DNA of 64,000 nucleotides from an uncultured Clostridia bacterium (GCA_947626885.1 CANQTX010000004.1:1735-65734); one strand, 5' to 3'; positions 48,003 through 60,032 are shown, numbered from the stretch's first letter. Notes: generated from the sequence alone by a model not told the origin. Numbers and translations are program-made.

Positions 48003-48326
48003 ATGAAAAAAATAAGTAGTATTAAAATTGGAAAAAACATACAACAAATTCGAAAAAGTTATGGGTATACACAAGAAAAACTAGCAGAAGAAATTGATTG
48101 TTCAACGAGATATATAAGTGATGTAGAGCAGAATAGATCAAATCCTTCTTATGAAGTATTAATTAATATTTGCAATACATTTAATATAGGTATGGATCAA
48201 ATTTTTGGAGAATATTTAGATATTAAAATTAATGATTCTATCAATTATAAACTAGCAGGATTTGAAAATCTAAAAGAAAAAGATCAGCAAACGATAGAAC
48301 ATTTAATTTCTTTTTTTAATTCATAA
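48003..48326 (+). CDS. XRE-family HTH transcriptional regulator
   Basis: IGKNIQQIRKSYGYTQEKLAE...YISDVEQNRSNPS..VLINIC. Confidence 0.9.
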   Translation: MKKISSIKIGKNIQQIRKSYGYTQEKLAEEIDCSTRYISDVEQNRSNPSYEVLINICNTFNIGMDQIFGEYLDIKINDSINYKLAGFENLKEKDQQTIEHLISFFNS

Positions 48327-48466
48327 AAAGTTATGGAAATTTGCTACATATCATATTGTATTTCATGGAAAGAAATTAAAGAAAAATATTAAAAAATTTG
48401 CAAAAATACTTGCATTTCCTTGTAAATGTGTGTATAATAATTATGTCTTGAATAAAAATACTAGAG

Positions 48467-48490
48467 GAGTGGGAACCAATCCCACTCTTT
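48467..48490 (+). promoter_or_regulatory. rimP leader hairpin (attenuator-like)
   Basis: GAGTGGGA-accaa-TCCCACTC followed by TTT, between promoter TTGCAT-17-TATAAT and the rimP RBS. This hairpin is typical upstream of Firmicute rimP. Confidence 0.7.
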
Positions 48491-48513
48491 ACTAATGTTT
48501 AGGAGGTGCTTGA

Positions 48514-48981
48514 TTGGCAGAAAAGAAAATGAACATTGAATCAAAAGTAGAAAACCTTATACAAGATGTTATTGAAGCATTAGGCTATATTTTATATGAT
48601 GTTATTTATGTTAAAGAAGGCAAGGATTACTATCTAAAAGTTTTTATAGATAAATTAGAAGGTATTACGATAGAAGATTGTGAAGTTGTCAGTAACGCGA
48701 TTAACGATATGTTAGATAAAGCAGATTATATAAAAGAAATGTATTTTTTAGAAGTTTCATCGCCAGGTGTTGAGCGAATTTTAAGAAAGAAAAAACATTT
48801 CTTAAGCCAAATAGGAAATGAAGTATGTGTAAAATTATTTTATCCCATTCAACAACAAAAAGAGGTAAGTGGTATATTACAAGAATATAATGATAAAGAA
48901 ATCATTTTACAAACACATGAAGAAAATATGAAAATAGATTTAAAAAATGTTGCAATTGTAAAAACAATATTTAATTGGTAG
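48514..48981 (+). CDS. rimP: Ribosome maturation factor RimP
   Basis: LKVFIDK..GITIEDCEVVS and YFLEVSSPGVER; first gene of the nusA operon. Confidence 0.95.
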   Translation: MAEKKMNIESKVENLIQDVIEALGYILYDVIYVKEGKDYYLKVFIDKLEGITIEDCEVVSNAINDMLDKADYIKEMYFLEVSSPGVERILRKKKHFLSQIGNEVCVKLFYPIQQQKEVSGILQEYNDKEIILQTHEENMKIDLKNVAIVKTIFNW

Positions 48982-48996
48982 GAGGAATATGAAAAA

Positions 48997-50103
48997 ATGA
49001 AAAATATCGATGTAAAAGAATTTATAGGAGCTATGGAAGAATTAGAAAAAGAAAGAGGAATTAGTAAAGAGTACTTAATAGAATCTTTAGAAGCAGCTCT
49101 TGTAACAGCATACAAGAAAAATTTTGATTCTGTCGATAATGTTAAAGTTGTAATTGATAGCATTACGGGAGAAATTCATATATATTCTATAAGAAATGTC
49201 GTAGAAACTTTAGAAGATCCTTTATTAGAAATTACAATAAAAGATGCACAGAAAATAGATATGCATGTTAATGTAGGAGATACCGTTAATTTAGAAATTC
49301 AACCAAAAGATTTTGGTAGGATTGCTGCACAAACTGCAAAACAAGTTGTTGTACAAAAAATTCGAGAAGCAGAGAGAAATATGATTTTTACAGAGTTTAA
49401 TGATAAAAAAGGAGAAATTGTTTCTGGTATTATTCAAAAAGCTGATGGTGGTGTTGTTGTTATGGACTTAGGAAAGTTAGAGGGAGTTATGCCAGTGAAA
49501 GAACAAATTGGGAGTGAAACGTATCATGTAAATGATAAAATAAGAGGTTATGTGCTAGAAGTAGAAAAAGGATTAAAAGGTAATCCACAAGTAATCATTT
49601 CAAGAAGTCATCCTGATTTTGTAAGAAAATTATTTGAATTTGAGATACCTGAAATATACGAAGGACTCATAGAAATCAAAAGTGTTTCAAGAGATGCCGG
49701 TTCAAGAAGTAAAGTAGCAGTTTATTCAAGGGATGAAAATATAGATCCGGTTGGTTCTTGTGTTGGTCAGAAAGGCGTGAGAATTCAAAATATTATTAAT
49801 GAACTAAATGGAGAAAAAATTGATGTTATTGAATGGAACGAAGATCCAGCAATATATATTGCTGCAGCATTGTTACCAGCGCAAGTTATGGCTGTAGATA
49901 TAAAAGAAGAAGAAAAATTTGCACAAGTGATTGTACCAGATGATCAATTATCATTAGCCATAGGAAAATCTGGTCAAAATGCTAGGTTAGCAGCTAGACT
50001 AACAAATTGGAAAATAGATATTAAATCTGAATCACAATTTCGAGAAATTATTGCACAAGTACAAGCAGAAGAAGCACCAGAAACAAAAGAAGTAGAAGAA
50101 TAA
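48997..50103 (+). CDS. nusA: Transcription termination factor NusA
   Basis: FGRIAAQTAKQV, RDAGSRSKVAV, DPVGSCVG, LSLAIGKSGQNARLAA. Confidence 0.97.
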   Translation: MKNIDVKEFIGAMEELEKERGISKEYLIESLEAALVTAYKKNFDSVDNVKVVIDSITGEIHIYSIRNVVETLEDPLLEITIKDAQKIDMHVNVGDTVNLEIQPKDFGRIAAQTAKQVVVQKIREAERNMIFTEFNDKKGEIVSGIIQKADGGVVVMDLGKLEGVMPVKEQIGSETYHVNDKIRGYVLEVEKGLKGNPQVIISRSHPDFVRKLFEFEIPEIYEGLIEIKSVSRDAGSRSKVAVYSRDENIDPVGSCVGQKGVRIQNIINELNGEKIDVIEWNEDPAIYIAAALLPAQVMAVDIKEEEKFAQVIVPDDQLSLAIGKSGQNARLAARLTNWKIDIKSESQFREIIAQVQAEEAPETKEVEE

Positions 50104-50114
50104 GGAAGTGATGT

Positions 50115-50384
50115 ATGTTGATAAAGAAAAAGAAACCATTGCGTACCTGTATGGCTTGCAATGCACAAAAAGAAAAGCAAAATCTTTTGCGTATTGTTAA
50201 ATCAAAAGACGGAAATATTTTTGTTGATGTAACAGGAAAACAAAATGGTAGGGGAGCATATATTTGTAAAACAGAACAATGTTTAAACAAAATACAAAAA
50301 AGCAAAAGATTAGAAAAAATATTTTTAACAGAAATAGATGAGAAAGTATATGAAAGTATAAGAGGTGTGTTGGTTGATCAATAG
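50115..50384 (+). CDS. ylxR: YlxR/RnpM family protein
   Basis: PLRTCMAC, LLRIV, GRGAYIC. Confidence 0.92.
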   Translation: MLIKKKKPLRTCMACNAQKEKQNLLRIVKSKDGNIFVDVTGKQNGRGAYICKTEQCLNKIQKSKRLEKIFLTEIDEKVYESIRGVLVDQ

Positions 50385-50697
50385 AGTATATGGACTAATG
50401 GGAATTAGTGCCAAAGCAGGGAAAGTTATTTCTGGTGCAGAGATTGTATTAGAAGAAATGCTTAAAAATAAAATATATTTTGTTATTGTTGCAGAAGATG
50501 CATCGGAAAATACAAAAAAAAATATCCGCTTACATTGTGATAGGCAACAAATTCATATGGCGATTTGGGGAGATATACGTAATAACAGTAAAGCCATTGG
50601 TAAGCAAAATAGAGCAGTTATTGGAATAAAAGACAAGAACTTATCAGAAGCAATTCAAAAAGTAATTTGTGGAGGTGAAACGTTTGGGGAAAATTAA
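50374..50697 (+). CDS. ylxQ: L7Ae family RNA-binding protein YlxQ
   Basis: [30 protein letters not shown]. Confidence 0.9.
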   Translation: MINRVYGLMGISAKAGKVISGAEIVLEEMLKNKIYFVIVAEDASENTKKNIRLHCDRQQIHMAIWGDIRNNSKAIGKQNRAVIGIKDKNLSEAIQKVICGGETFGEN

Positions 50698-53470
50698 AAT
50701 TCATGAATTAGCGAAAAATTTAGGCGTAGATACGAAAAAAATGGTTGATGTTGCTAAGAAAAATGGAATAGAAATCAAGAACCATTTAAGTTCTATCACT
50801 GATGAAGAGGCAAAAAAAATAGAAAAATTGATTAAAGGAGTTTCAAACATAAAACCTATGGAGAATAAAAAAGAAAAAAAGGAAAAGAAAGAAAGAAGTC
50901 AAGAACCAGTTATTATTAGAAGGGCTGTTATTATTAATAATGATGAGGAAAATAAAAGAAAAGAAGAAGAAGAAAAAAGAAGAAGAGAGGCAACAAGAAA
51001 TAATGATGTAGGGTTTATTCAAAACAAAAGAAAGAAGGATTATAATATTGTTTACAGAGATAAACCAACAAAGCCATTAACAGTAAGTGAATTGTTTGGT
51101 ATTGGTAAGAAAAAGGAACCTGAAAAAAAAGCAGAAGGAAAAAAAGAAAATATATCGATGAAAAGTGAAGAATCAGTTGCAACAAATAAAGTATTGGAAA
51201 AAGAAAAATCAACGATATCATCTAAAAAGAACATGCAACAGAACCATAGATCTAATTATAATGACAGGGGTAATAGTACGCAGAATAATGGTTATAATAT
51301 GAAAAGAAACTTCAATAATGAGCAAAGAAATAACAGAGGGAATGATAGAACAGATAACAGAAATAATAATCAAAAAAGAATGGACGACAGAGGGGGTATG
51401 AACAAGAGAATTAAGAACATTATGGATGTTGATATTCCTGCAGAAAAAGAGAATGTAAGAGAATATGGAAATAAAATTAAAGATAAAATGAAACAGAACG
51501 CAAGACAAGATGAACAAAAAACTAAAAAAACAAATCGTAGAAATAATCAAAATGATTTTGATTCCGATAAATTAAATAATTTAAAGAAACGAAATAAATT
51601 ATCAAATATGTTTGCTGAAGGGGAAATGCTTGATTATTATGATTTAAGTACAGAACGAGGAAGAAGAGCGAGAAAAAAGAATGGAAAACAAGAAAATAGA
51701 ACAAAACAAAAAATTTTTAAATTAACAGAAATTACGATTCCGGAGACTATTACAGTAAAAGATTTAGCAACAGAAATGAAAATAACTAGTAGTGATGTTA
51801 TTAAAAAATTATTAAGCTTAGGAATTATGGCAACCATTAATAATGAGATCGACTTTGACACAGCATTTCTAATTGCACAAGAGTATGGTATTAATGCAAT
51901 AAAGAAAAATATTGTAACTGATGAAGATATTTTAATTGATGAAACTGAAGATAAAGAAGAAGATTTACAACCTAGACCACCAGTTATTGTAGTAATGGGA
52001 CACGTTGACCATGGAAAAACATCTCTTTTAGATGCTATCCGAAGTACAAATGTTATTGAGGGAGAATCAGGTGGAATTACACAACATATTGGTGCTTATC
52101 AAGTTAGAGTTAACGATAGGGATATTACTTTTTTAGATACACCAGGGCATGAAGCATTTACCAATATGCGTGCTAGAGGTGCCATGATTACAGATATTGC
52201 GATACTAGTTGTTGCTGCTAATGATGGTGTTATGCCACAAACAGTTGAAGCAATTAATCATGCTAAAGCGGCAGAAATTCCTATTATTGTTGCTGTGAAT
52301 AAAATGGATTTACCAGATGCTAATTTTGAAAAAGTACAACAAGAATTAATGAAGTATGAGTTAGTACCAGAACAATGGGGAGGAGATACCATTTACGTAC
52401 CAATTTCTGCAAAGAAAAAAGAGGGAATTGATAATCTTTTAGAAATGGTATTATTAGAAGCAGATGTACTAGAATTAAAAGCAAATCCTACAAAACAAGC
52501 AAAAGGAACAGTTATTGAGGCTAGATTAGATAAAACTAGAGGATCAGTAGCTACAATGCTTGTACAAAGAGGAAAGTTAGATGTAGGTGATACAATTATT
52601 GTTGGTTCTTCAATTGGTAGAATAAGGACAATGCTAAATGATAAAGGGAAAAAAGTTAAATCAGCAGGACCTTCTATGCCAGTTGAGATTACGGGTTTAA
52701 CTTCCGTACCGCAATCAGGAGATATTTTTTATGAAGTAAAAGATGAAAGAACAGCAAAACATTTAATTGAAAAAAGAAAATATGAACAAAGACAAAAAAC
52801 ATTAAATCAAAATTCTATTGTTACATTAGATGATTTATTTAGTAAAATTGAAAGTGAAAATTTAAAACAGTTAAACTTAATTGTAAAAGCGGATGTTCAG
52901 GGTTCTGTGGAAGCTTTAAAACAATCATTGGAAAAATTATCGAATGAGGAAGTAAAAGTAAAGGTTATTCATTCAAATGTTGGTGGCGTTACAGAAACAG
53001 ATATTACGTTAGCAAAAGTTTCTGGTGCTATTATTATTGCATTTAATGTAAGACCTGAAGTAATTGCTAAAACAATAGCAGATAAAGAAGGGGTTCAAAT
53101 TAAACAATATTCTGTTATTTATGATGCTATTAATGATGTGGAAGCTGCTATGAAAGGAATGCTTGATCCGATATTTAAAGAAGTAGTTATTGGAACAGCA
53201 GAAATTAGACAAACATTTAAAGTGTCTAATGTAGGAACAATTGCAGGAAGCTATGTATTAACAGGAAAAGTTTCTAGAAATGCAGGTATAAGAGTTATCC
53301 GAGACCATATTGTTATTCATGATGGAAAATTAATATCTCTTAAAAGATTTAAGGATGATGTTAAAGAAGTGGATAAGGGATATGAGTGTGGTCTTCAAAT
53401 AGAGAATTTTAATGATGTTAAAGAAGGCGATCAATTAGAAGTTTACATTATGGAAGAAGTGAATCGATAA
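50684..53470 (+). CDS. infB: Translation initiation factor IF-2
   Basis: [39 protein letters not shown] at 50684 follows GGAGGTG. Confidence 0.98.
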   Translation: MGKIKIHELAKNLGVDTKKMVDVAKKNGIEIKNHLSSITDEEAKKIEKLIKGVSNIKPMENKKEKKEKKERSQEPVIIRRAVIINNDEENKRKEEEEKRRREATRNNDVGFIQNKRKKDYNIVYRDKPTKPLTVSELFGIGKKKEPEKKAEGKKENISMKSEESVATNKVLEKEKSTISSKKNMQQNHRSNYNDRGNSTQNNGYNMKRNFNNEQRNNRGNDRTDNRNNNQKRMDDRGGMNKRIKNIMDVDIPAEKENVREYGNKIKDKMKQNARQDEQKTKKTNRRNNQNDFDSDKLNNLKKRNKLSNMFAEGEMLDYYDLSTERGRRARKKNGKQENRTKQKIFKLTEITIPETITVKDLATEMKITSSDVIKKLLSLGIMATINNEIDFDTAFLIAQEYGINAIKKNIVTDEDILIDETEDKEEDLQPRPPVIVVMGHVDHGKTSLLDAIRSTNVIEGESGGITQHIGAYQVRVNDRDITFLDTPGHEAFTNMRARGAMITDIAILVVAANDGVMPQTVEAINHAKAAEIPIIVAVNKMDLPDANFEKVQQELMKYELVPEQWGGDTIYVPISAKKKEGIDNLLEMVLLEADVLELKANPTKQAKGTVIEARLDKTRGSVATMLVQRGKLDVGDTIIVGSSIGRIRTMLNDKGKKVKSAGPSMPVEITGLTSVPQSGDIFYEVKDERTAKHLIEKRKYEQRQKTLNQNSIVTLDDLFSKIESENLKQLNLIVKADVQGSVEALKQSLEKLSNEEVKVKVIHSNVGGVTETDITLAKVSGAIIIAFNVRPEVIAKTIADKEGVQIKQYSVIYDAINDVEAAMKGMLDPIFKEVVIGTAEIRQTFKVSNVGTIAGSYVLTGKVSRNAGIRVIRDHIVIHDGKLISLKRFKDDVKEVDKGYECGLQIENFNDVKEGDQLEVYIMEEVNR

Positions 53471-53537
53471 AACATATAAAGTTAAAGGTTTATAGATGAA
53501 TCCTTAAAAAATCTAAATATAAAAGTAAGGAAAATAT

Positions 53538-53906
53538 ATGACAAATCACAACAGTAATAGAATGAATAAAATTGATGAGGAAATAAAAAAAGAAATTAGT
53601 AAGATTATCACAACGGAACTGAAAAATCCTCATCTAACAGGTCTTATTAGTGTGACAAAAGTAAAAACAACACCAGACTTAAAATTTGCTAGAGTTTATG
53701 TTAGTATGATAAACGAGAAAAGTAAAAAAGATAATTTATCTATTTTAAAACAATCTAGTGGTTATATGAGAAGTGCTATTGCTAAAAGAATAAATTTAAG
53801 AATAACACCGGAGTTAATCTTTGAATTCGATGAAACCATTGAATATGGTGCAAGAATTGATACTATTTTAAAAGATATTACAAAAGATTTAAAAAAAGAA
53901 AAGTGA
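53538..53906 (+). CDS. rbfA: Ribosome-binding factor A
   Basis: TPDLKFARVYVS and LRITPELIFEFD. Confidence 0.95.
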   Translation: MTNHNSNRMNKIDEEIKKEISKIITTELKNPHLTGLISVTKVKTTPDLKFARVYVSMINEKSKKDNLSILKQSSGYMRSAIAKRINLRITPELIFEFDETIEYGARIDTILKDITKDLKKEK

Positions 53907-54001
53907 TACTTATAAATAAAAATATATAAAGAAATTTACGATATGATAGGTTTATAGGTAAATCCTTTTAAAAACCTAAATTATGATACAAGGAGAAAGT
54001 A

Positions 54002-54952
54002 ATGACATTAGATGATGTATTAGAAGAAATTAAAAAGGCAGAAGATATAGTAATAATGGCACATGAAGGTCCAGATGGGGATGCTATTGGAAGTTGTCTT
54101 GCTATGTGTCTTGCGCTTCGAAATATGGGAAAGAAAGCTGATGTTCTCATTAAAGAGTATCCAGAGAATTTTTCATTTTTACCTGGTATAGAATATATAA
54201 AATCAGAAGCAAGAAAAGAGGCTTATGATTTAGCAATTGTATTGGATTGTCCGGATATAAAAAGAGTAAATCCAGAATATATAGAATATTTTGAAAATGC
54301 AAAAGTGAAAGTAGAATTTGATCATCATAATAAAAATTCCATGTTTGCTGACTATAATATTGTTAATCATGTTTCTCCTGCTTGTGCACAAATTTTAGTA
54401 TCTAGCTTTGAATATTTGAATATTGAGATTACAAAAGAAATAGGGATTTGCTTATTAACAGGTATTATTACAGATACAGGCGGTTTCAAAAATACAGGAA
54501 TCACAACAGATACTTTTGAATTTGCTTCTTGGGCATTGGAAAAAGGAATCAATTTGCCAGTCATATATAGACAATCTATGTTAACAATGACAAAAACAAA
54601 ATTTGAAGTACAAAAACTTTGTATGGATCGTCTAGAATTTTGGGCAGAAGGAAAAATTGCGTTTACATATATTACTAAAGAAGATGATGAAAGGATAGGA
54701 ATAAAAACAGGTGATCATGAAGGGGTTGTTGAAATTGGAAGAAGTATTGAAGGGGTAGAGGTATCTATTTTCTTATATGAGAAAGATAAAGGATTCAAAG
54801 CTTCTCTTCGTTCCAATGATTATGTGAATGTTTCAGAAGTTTGTCTAATATTTGGAGGTGGCGGACATATAAGAGCTGCTGGAACAAATTTAAATATGTC
54901 TTTAGAAGAAGCCAAAAAAGCAATTATTACTGAAACAACAAAGTATCTATAG
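54002..54952 (+). CDS. nrnA: DHH/DHHA1 oligoribonuclease / pAp phosphatase
   Basis: HEGPDGDAIGS, FDHH, GIITDTGGF, SLRS, GGGGHIRAAG. Confidence 0.9.
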   Translation: MTLDDVLEEIKKAEDIVIMAHEGPDGDAIGSCLAMCLALRNMGKKADVLIKEYPENFSFLPGIEYIKSEARKEAYDLAIVLDCPDIKRVNPEYIEYFENAKVKVEFDHHNKNSMFADYNIVNHVSPACAQILVSSFEYLNIEITKEIGICLLTGIITDTGGFKNTGITTDTFEFASWALEKGINLPVIYRQSMLTMTKTKFEVQKLCMDRLEFWAEGKIAFTYITKEDDERIGIKTGDHEGVVEIGRSIEGVEVSIFLYEKDKGFKASLRSNDYVNVSEVCLIFGGGGHIRAAGTNLNMSLEEAKKAIITETTKYL

Positions 54953-54975
54953 TAATTGTATATTCATCAATAATA

Positions 54976-55034
54976 AAAATAAACTAGAAGATGAAAAGAG
55001 TATTCATATCTATTAATTCTAGTTTTATTTTTTT
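54976..55034 (+). terminator. Probable terminator after nrnA
   Basis: AAAATAAACTAGAA / TTCTAGTTTTATTTT with a large loop and a T-tract. Confidence 0.5.
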
Positions 55035-55158
55035 GTAAAAAATACTATCTTGATTTTTCTTATGACTCCTGTTATACTATGTACACACGAGGTAAAAGAG
55101 ATATTAAATATTATAATAAAAAATATAGCAATACATAAAAAATAATTTTGGTGATGAT

Positions 55159-56040
55159 ATGAATGGAATGATAATTATTAATAAGCCTTTGGGTTTTACA
55201 TCGCAAGATGTAGTATCTAAAGTAAAAAAAATATTAAATATAAAAAAAGCAGGGCATATAGGAACACTGGATCCTATGGCAACAGGTGTTTTACCAATTT
55301 TACTGGGGAGTTACACTAAATTAACAAAGTATTTAATAGAACATGATAAAACTTATAGAGCAACAGTAAAGTTAGGGAAAAAAACAGATACGGGCGATAG
55401 TGAAGGAAATATTATAGAAGAAGAAAAAGTGGATATATCGATGTTACACCATGAAAAGGTGAAAAACGTATTAGATTCTTTTCAAGGTATACAAAAACAA
55501 AAACCACCTATGTATGCAGCTATTAAAATACAAGGAAAAAAATTATATGAATACGCTCGTTTAGGAGAACAAATTCTTGTTCCAGAGAGGGAAATTCAAA
55601 TTTATGAAATCAAATTAATGGATATTTGTTCAGAATTAAATGAGATATCTTTTCAAGTAAATTGTTCCAAAGGTACTTATATAAGAGTATTATGTGAAGA
55701 TATTGCAAAACGATTAGGAACCATTGGATATATGCAATCTTTATGTAGAATAGCTGTAGATAAATTGATATTGGAAAATGCAATTACGATTGAAATGCTA
55801 GAAAAAAATAAATATAATGAGCAGTATTTGCAAGAAAATGTTTTAACAATGCAAGAAATATTTCATAATTTGTTACAAATTACTTTAAACGAAAAACAAG
55901 AAAGATTATTTTTAAATGGTGGCTTATTATCTTTTCAATTAAACGATGGATTATACCATATTTATAATGCAAAGCAAGAATATTTAGGTATTGGTAAAAT
56001 AACAGAAAAATTATTAAAAAGAGATGTACTGATTGTATAA
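55159..56040 (+). CDS. truB: tRNA pseudouridine(55) synthase
   Basis: GHIGTLDPMATGVL, PPMYAAIK, CSKGTYIRVL. Confidence 0.96.
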   Translation: MNGMIIINKPLGFTSQDVVSKVKKILNIKKAGHIGTLDPMATGVLPILLGSYTKLTKYLIEHDKTYRATVKLGKKTDTGDSEGNIIEEEKVDISMLHHEKVKNVLDSFQGIQKQKPPMYAAIKIQGKKLYEYARLGEQILVPEREIQIYEIKLMDICSELNEISFQVNCSKGTYIRVLCEDIAKRLGTIGYMQSLCRIAVDKLILENAITIEMLEKNKYNEQYLQENVLTMQEIFHNLLQITLNEKQERLFLNGGLLSFQLNDGLYHIYNAKQEYLGIGKITEKLLKRDVLIV

Positions 56041-56149
56041 AATAAAAAAGGATTGATAGTTTTAAATAAGTAGTTTGATAGACTTGTAGGTATTCTTTGT
56101 TTTGTGATATAATTTATAAATAAGATAATGAAAATAAAAGGAGATAGAT

Positions 56150-57208
56150 ATGTATCAAAGGTGTAACACTAAGCCGATTTTTGTAAAAAATATACAAATA
56201 GGTGGGCAAGAAAAAGTTATTATTCAGTCTATGTGCAATACAAAAACAAAAGATATTGAAGCTACTGTAAAACAAATACTAGAATTAGAAAAAGCAGGTT
56301 GTGAAATGATTAGAGTAGCTTGCTTAGACATAGAAGATGCTAATGCGATAACAGAAATCAAAAAATATATTCATATTCCAATTGTAGCAGATATTCATTT
56401 TGATTATAGGATTGCACTTGCTGCTATTGAAAGTGGTGCAGATAAAATAAGAATTAATCCAGGGAATATAGGAGATGAATGGAAAATTAGAGCAGTTGTG
56501 GAAGCATGTAAAAAATATCATCTACCTATTAGAATTGGTATTAATGGTGGTTCATTAGAAAAAGAAGTATTAGAAAAGTATGGAAAACCGTGTAGCGATG
56601 CTATGATTGAGAGTGCTAGAAGGCATGTGTCTATCTTAGAAAAATTAGATTTTTATGATATTGCACTATCTTTAAAAGCTTCGAATTTAGATATGTGCAT
56701 AGATGCTTATGAAAAAGCAGCAGAAGAATTTATATATCCGTTACATTTAGGTATTACAGAAGCGGGAACAGCTTTTAGTGGAACTATTAAGTCAAGTGTT
56801 GGATTAGGAATTTTATTGCGCCAAGGAATAGGAGATACTATAAGGGTTTCGTTATCAGATGATCCAATTGAAGAAATATATGTTTGTAAAGAAATATTAA
56901 AAAATTGTAATTTGTATCGAAATAGTCCTAAACTAATTTCATGTCCTACTTGTGGTAGAACACAATATAATTTGATTCCTATTGCAAAAGAAATGGAAAA
57001 ATTTTTACAAAATTTGGAAGCAAATATCACAGTGGCAATTATGGGATGTGCTGTTAATGGTCCTGGGGAAGCTAAAGAAGCGGATATTGGAATTGCTGGT
57101 GGAAAAGGAGAAGGATTACTTTTTAAAAAGGGAAAAGTCATTAGAAAAATACCAGAAGCAGAAATGTTAGAAACTTTAAAAAAAGAAATTTTAGCAATGA
57201 TACAATAA
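56150..57208 (+). CDS. ispG: HMBPP synthase
   Basis: [47 protein letters not shown]. Confidence 0.96.
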   Translation: MYQRCNTKPIFVKNIQIGGQEKVIIQSMCNTKTKDIEATVKQILELEKAGCEMIRVACLDIEDANAITEIKKYIHIPIVADIHFDYRIALAAIESGADKIRINPGNIGDEWKIRAVVEACKKYHLPIRIGINGGSLEKEVLEKYGKPCSDAMIESARRHVSILEKLDFYDIALSLKASNLDMCIDAYEKAAEEFIYPLHLGITEAGTAFSGTIKSSVGLGILLRQGIGDTIRVSLSDDPIEEIYVCKEILKNCNLYRNSPKLISCPTCGRTQYNLIPIAKEMEKFLQNLEANITVAIMGCAVNGPGEAKEADIGIAGGKGEGLLFKKGKVIRKIPEAEMLETLKKEILAMIQ

Positions 57209-57236
57209 ATGATTGTATCAGAAATGGAAAGAAAAA

Positions 57237-57719
57237 GTGTTAGAAATTAATATAATTTGTATAGGAAAACTAAAAGAAGATTACTTAAAAAAAGCAGTAG
57301 CAGAATATGCAAAGAGATTATCTAAATATTGTCATTTAATGATAGTAGAATTACAAGATGAAAAATTACCCAATAAATTATATGATAAAGAGTTAGAGGA
57401 AATCAAACGCATTGAAAGTAAAAGAATGATAGATGTTATTAAAAAAGATACTTATGTAATATGCTTAGATTTAAAAGGAAAGCAATATACGTCTGAAGCT
57501 TTTTCTCAAAAAATTGAAGAGATTGCTTTGCATTTTAATCATAGCATCACTTTTATTATCGGTGGTACATTGGGAATAAATGAAGAATTGTTAAATTTGG
57601 CGAAAGAAAAAATCAGTTTTTCAACAATGACATTTCCACATCAATTCATAAGAATTTTTTTATTGGAACAATTATTTAGAGCTTTTAAGATTTCTCACCA
57701 TGAAAGATATCATTGGTAG
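57237..57719 (+). CDS. rlmH: 23S rRNA pseudouridine(1915)-N3 methyltransferase
   Basis: IGKLKE, FIIGGTLG, MTFPHQ, LLEQLFRAFKI, YH. Confidence 0.94.
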   Translation: MLEINIICIGKLKEDYLKKAVAEYAKRLSKYCHLMIVELQDEKLPNKLYDKELEEIKRIESKRMIDVIKKDTYVICLDLKGKQYTSEAFSQKIEEIALHFNHSITFIIGGTLGINEELLNLAKEKISFSTMTFPHQFIRIFLLEQLFRAFKISHHERYHW

Positions 57720-57756
57720 TTCTTAAATATTTATAAAATTAAAGGAGAAAATCATC

Positions 57757-58773
57757 ATGAATTATCCAAAAAATTTAGAAAAAGGAGATACCATAGGTAT
57801 TTGTGCACCTTCTTTGGGAATTATAGCACCAGATAAATTGAGACGATTAGATGCTGCTATAAAGCAGTTGAAACAAATGGGATATGATGTTATAGAAACC
57901 AGTAGTGTTAGAAAGATGGAAAGAGGAAGAAGTGCTACTGCTGAACAAAGAGCAAAAGAGTTTATGGAATTATGGGAAAATGAATCTGTAAAATTAATTA
58001 TTTTTGCAGCAGGTGGTGATTTTTTATGTGAAATGTTAACATACTTGGATTGGAAAAAACTAAAAACATTGCCTCCAAAATGGGTACAAGGATATTCTAA
58101 TATTACGGATTTAACGTTTCTAATGAATTCTATATTAGAAATACCATCAATGCATTGTCAAAATATTAAAGACTATGCAATGAAACCATTACATAGAAGT
58201 TTAATAGATGCTTTAGCAATAGAATCTGGTGAAGAAGTTGTTCAAGAGTCATTTGAAAAATATGAAAAAAATTGGAAGGAAGAAACAGATCCTTGTGCTA
58301 CATATCATTTAACAGAAAAAGTTAGATGGAGAAATTTAATAGGTGGTGATAGAATTGTCATACAAGGCAGAACATTAGGTGGTAATTTAGACAGTTTGAT
58401 AAATTTTTTTGGTACAAAATATGATAAGATTAATGATTATATTGATAAGCATAAAGAGGAAGGTATTATATGGTTTTTAGAATGTTATGAAATGAGTACG
58501 GCTATAGTATATCGCATACTATGGCAAATGAAACAGGCTTCTTATTTTCGCTATTGTAATGGTATAATTTTTGGCAGATCATTATTAATGCGAGAAGATT
58601 ATGGAATTACATTTTCAGAAACAATAAAAGACGCTTTAGGAGATTTAAACATTCCCATTATTTGTGATGCAGATATAGGGCATGTATCTCCACAGATGGC
58701 TATAGTTAATGGTGCTATTTTAAAGATTACTTCTGAGAAGGGAAAAGGAACAGTAGAGACCTTTTTGCGATAG
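57757..58773 (+). CDS. S66 family LD-carboxypeptidase / MccF-like
   Basis: GDTIGICAPS, AGGD, GYSNIT, GGNL, FLE, DIGH. Confidence 0.88.
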   Translation: MNYPKNLEKGDTIGICAPSLGIIAPDKLRRLDAAIKQLKQMGYDVIETSSVRKMERGRSATAEQRAKEFMELWENESVKLIIFAAGGDFLCEMLTYLDWKKLKTLPPKWVQGYSNITDLTFLMNSILEIPSMHCQNIKDYAMKPLHRSLIDALAIESGEEVVQESFEKYEKNWKEETDPCATYHLTEKVRWRNLIGGDRIVIQGRTLGGNLDSLINFFGTKYDKINDYIDKHKEEGIIWFLECYEMSTAIVYRILWQMKQASYFRYCNGIIFGRSLLMREDYGITFSETIKDALGDLNIPIICDADIGHVSPQMAIVNGAILKITSEKGKGTVETFLR

Positions 58774-58841
58774 TGTAAAAACAGATGAAATTTTTGTAAA
58801 TAACAAATGATGTATAAATAAGAAAGGGTAAAAGGAATAAA

Positions 58842-60032
58842 ATGGAGGATCAAGCTAGAAATCATACTGCTATATTAGAAACAAATGATGAAATAATAAG
58901 TACTGATGTAGTAACTGATAAAAAAAAGAACAGAGATATTGTAGTAGATTTTATCAGAATAATAGCATGTTTGATGGTTATTGGAACACATATAACACTG
59001 ACTACTTATAATATATATGAAGTGCAAGTGGATTGGAGCAGACTATTAACAAAGTGTTTTTTAGCAGATGGTGTAGGAATATTTTTTTTAATTATAGGTT
59101 TTTTTATAGCAAATGGAAGAAATTATCCAAACATAGTTATTCATGCAATAAAAAAGGTTATTTTGCCTTCTATCTTGTTATTAATTTTTGCTGATATATT
59201 TTCAAAATTTCTTGTAAACCAAGCAACTTTTATGGAGTGTATTAGAAATATAGGAATCCAAAATGTTCAAGATATTATCTATTGTATTTTAAAAGGAAAT
59301 GTGAGGGAATTTGTACCAAGTGCTATACATCTTTGGTATATTTTTGATTATATTAAAATTATATTATGGTTTCCTATTTTGCGATGTATTTGCCAAGATT
59401 GTAAAGAGGCAAAGTATGCAAGAAGAATAGCTATTGTGTTGAGTATAGGCAGTATAGGAATAGAAGAAATTCAAAAATTTTTTACATTATCTATAGGAAA
59501 AATTGAAATTTTTAGTATAATTGATGCCAAATTATTACTAGTATTATTGGGTTATGAAATATCTTGTTATAAAGATACAATTAAGAATAACAAAAAAATA
59601 GGAATAGTTGCTTTTTTATGTTTTATAGTGGTTAATAGTGTTCGTTATAAACTAGAAATGCAATATATGATTGTCAACCACTTAGTAAAAGAAGAAGCTT
59701 TTATTAATTGGGATACTCTATTTGGAATTATATCGGCTGTTAGTTTATTTATAGCAGTATATACAATAGAAATAAACAATAAAACATTAAGTAGCATTAT
59801 TACATGGATAAGTGGTATGACTTTTGGTATATATTTGATACATTATCTTGTTATTGCTAAAATTGATCTTTTTAAATTTGAGAAAATCAGTACAATTAAG
59901 TTTGAAATGCTATACATGATAGTAGGGATTATTACAATTTTTTTTATGTCTCTTGTAATTTGTTGGATCTTAAAAGTATTGTCGGATACTGTAAAAAGTG
60001 GTATAAAGTGTATTATAAGACAAAAAAAATAA
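58842..60032 (+). CDS. Acyltransferase-3 family membrane protein
   Basis: DFIRIIACLMVIGTH, FFLIIGFF, HLWYI, TFGIYLIH; about 10 TMs. Confidence 0.88.
   Translation: MEDQARNHTAILETNDEIISTDVVTDKKKNRDIVVDFIRIIACLMVIGTHITLTTYNIYEVQVDWSRLLTKCFLADGVGIFFLIIGFFIANGRNYPNIVIHAIKKVILPSILLLIFADIFSKFLVNQATFMECIRNIGIQNVQDIIYCILKGNVREFVPSAIHLWYIFDYIKIILWFPILRCICQDCKEAKYARRIAIVLSIGSIGIEEIQKFFTLSIGKIEIFSIIDAKLLLVLLGYEISCYKDTIKNNKKIGIVAFLCFIVVNSVRYKLEMQYMIVNHLVKEEAFINWDTLFGIISAVSLFIAVYTIEINNKTLSSIITWISGMTFGIYLIHYLVIAKIDLFKFEKISTIKFEMLYMIVGIITIFFMSLVICWILKVLSDTVKSGIKCIIRQKK

Noticed and set aside
58087-58107. S66 motif GYSN instead of GYSD as an inactive enzyme
   Set aside because: The catalytic Ser, Glu and His all appear to be present, and a single substitution is not enough evidence.
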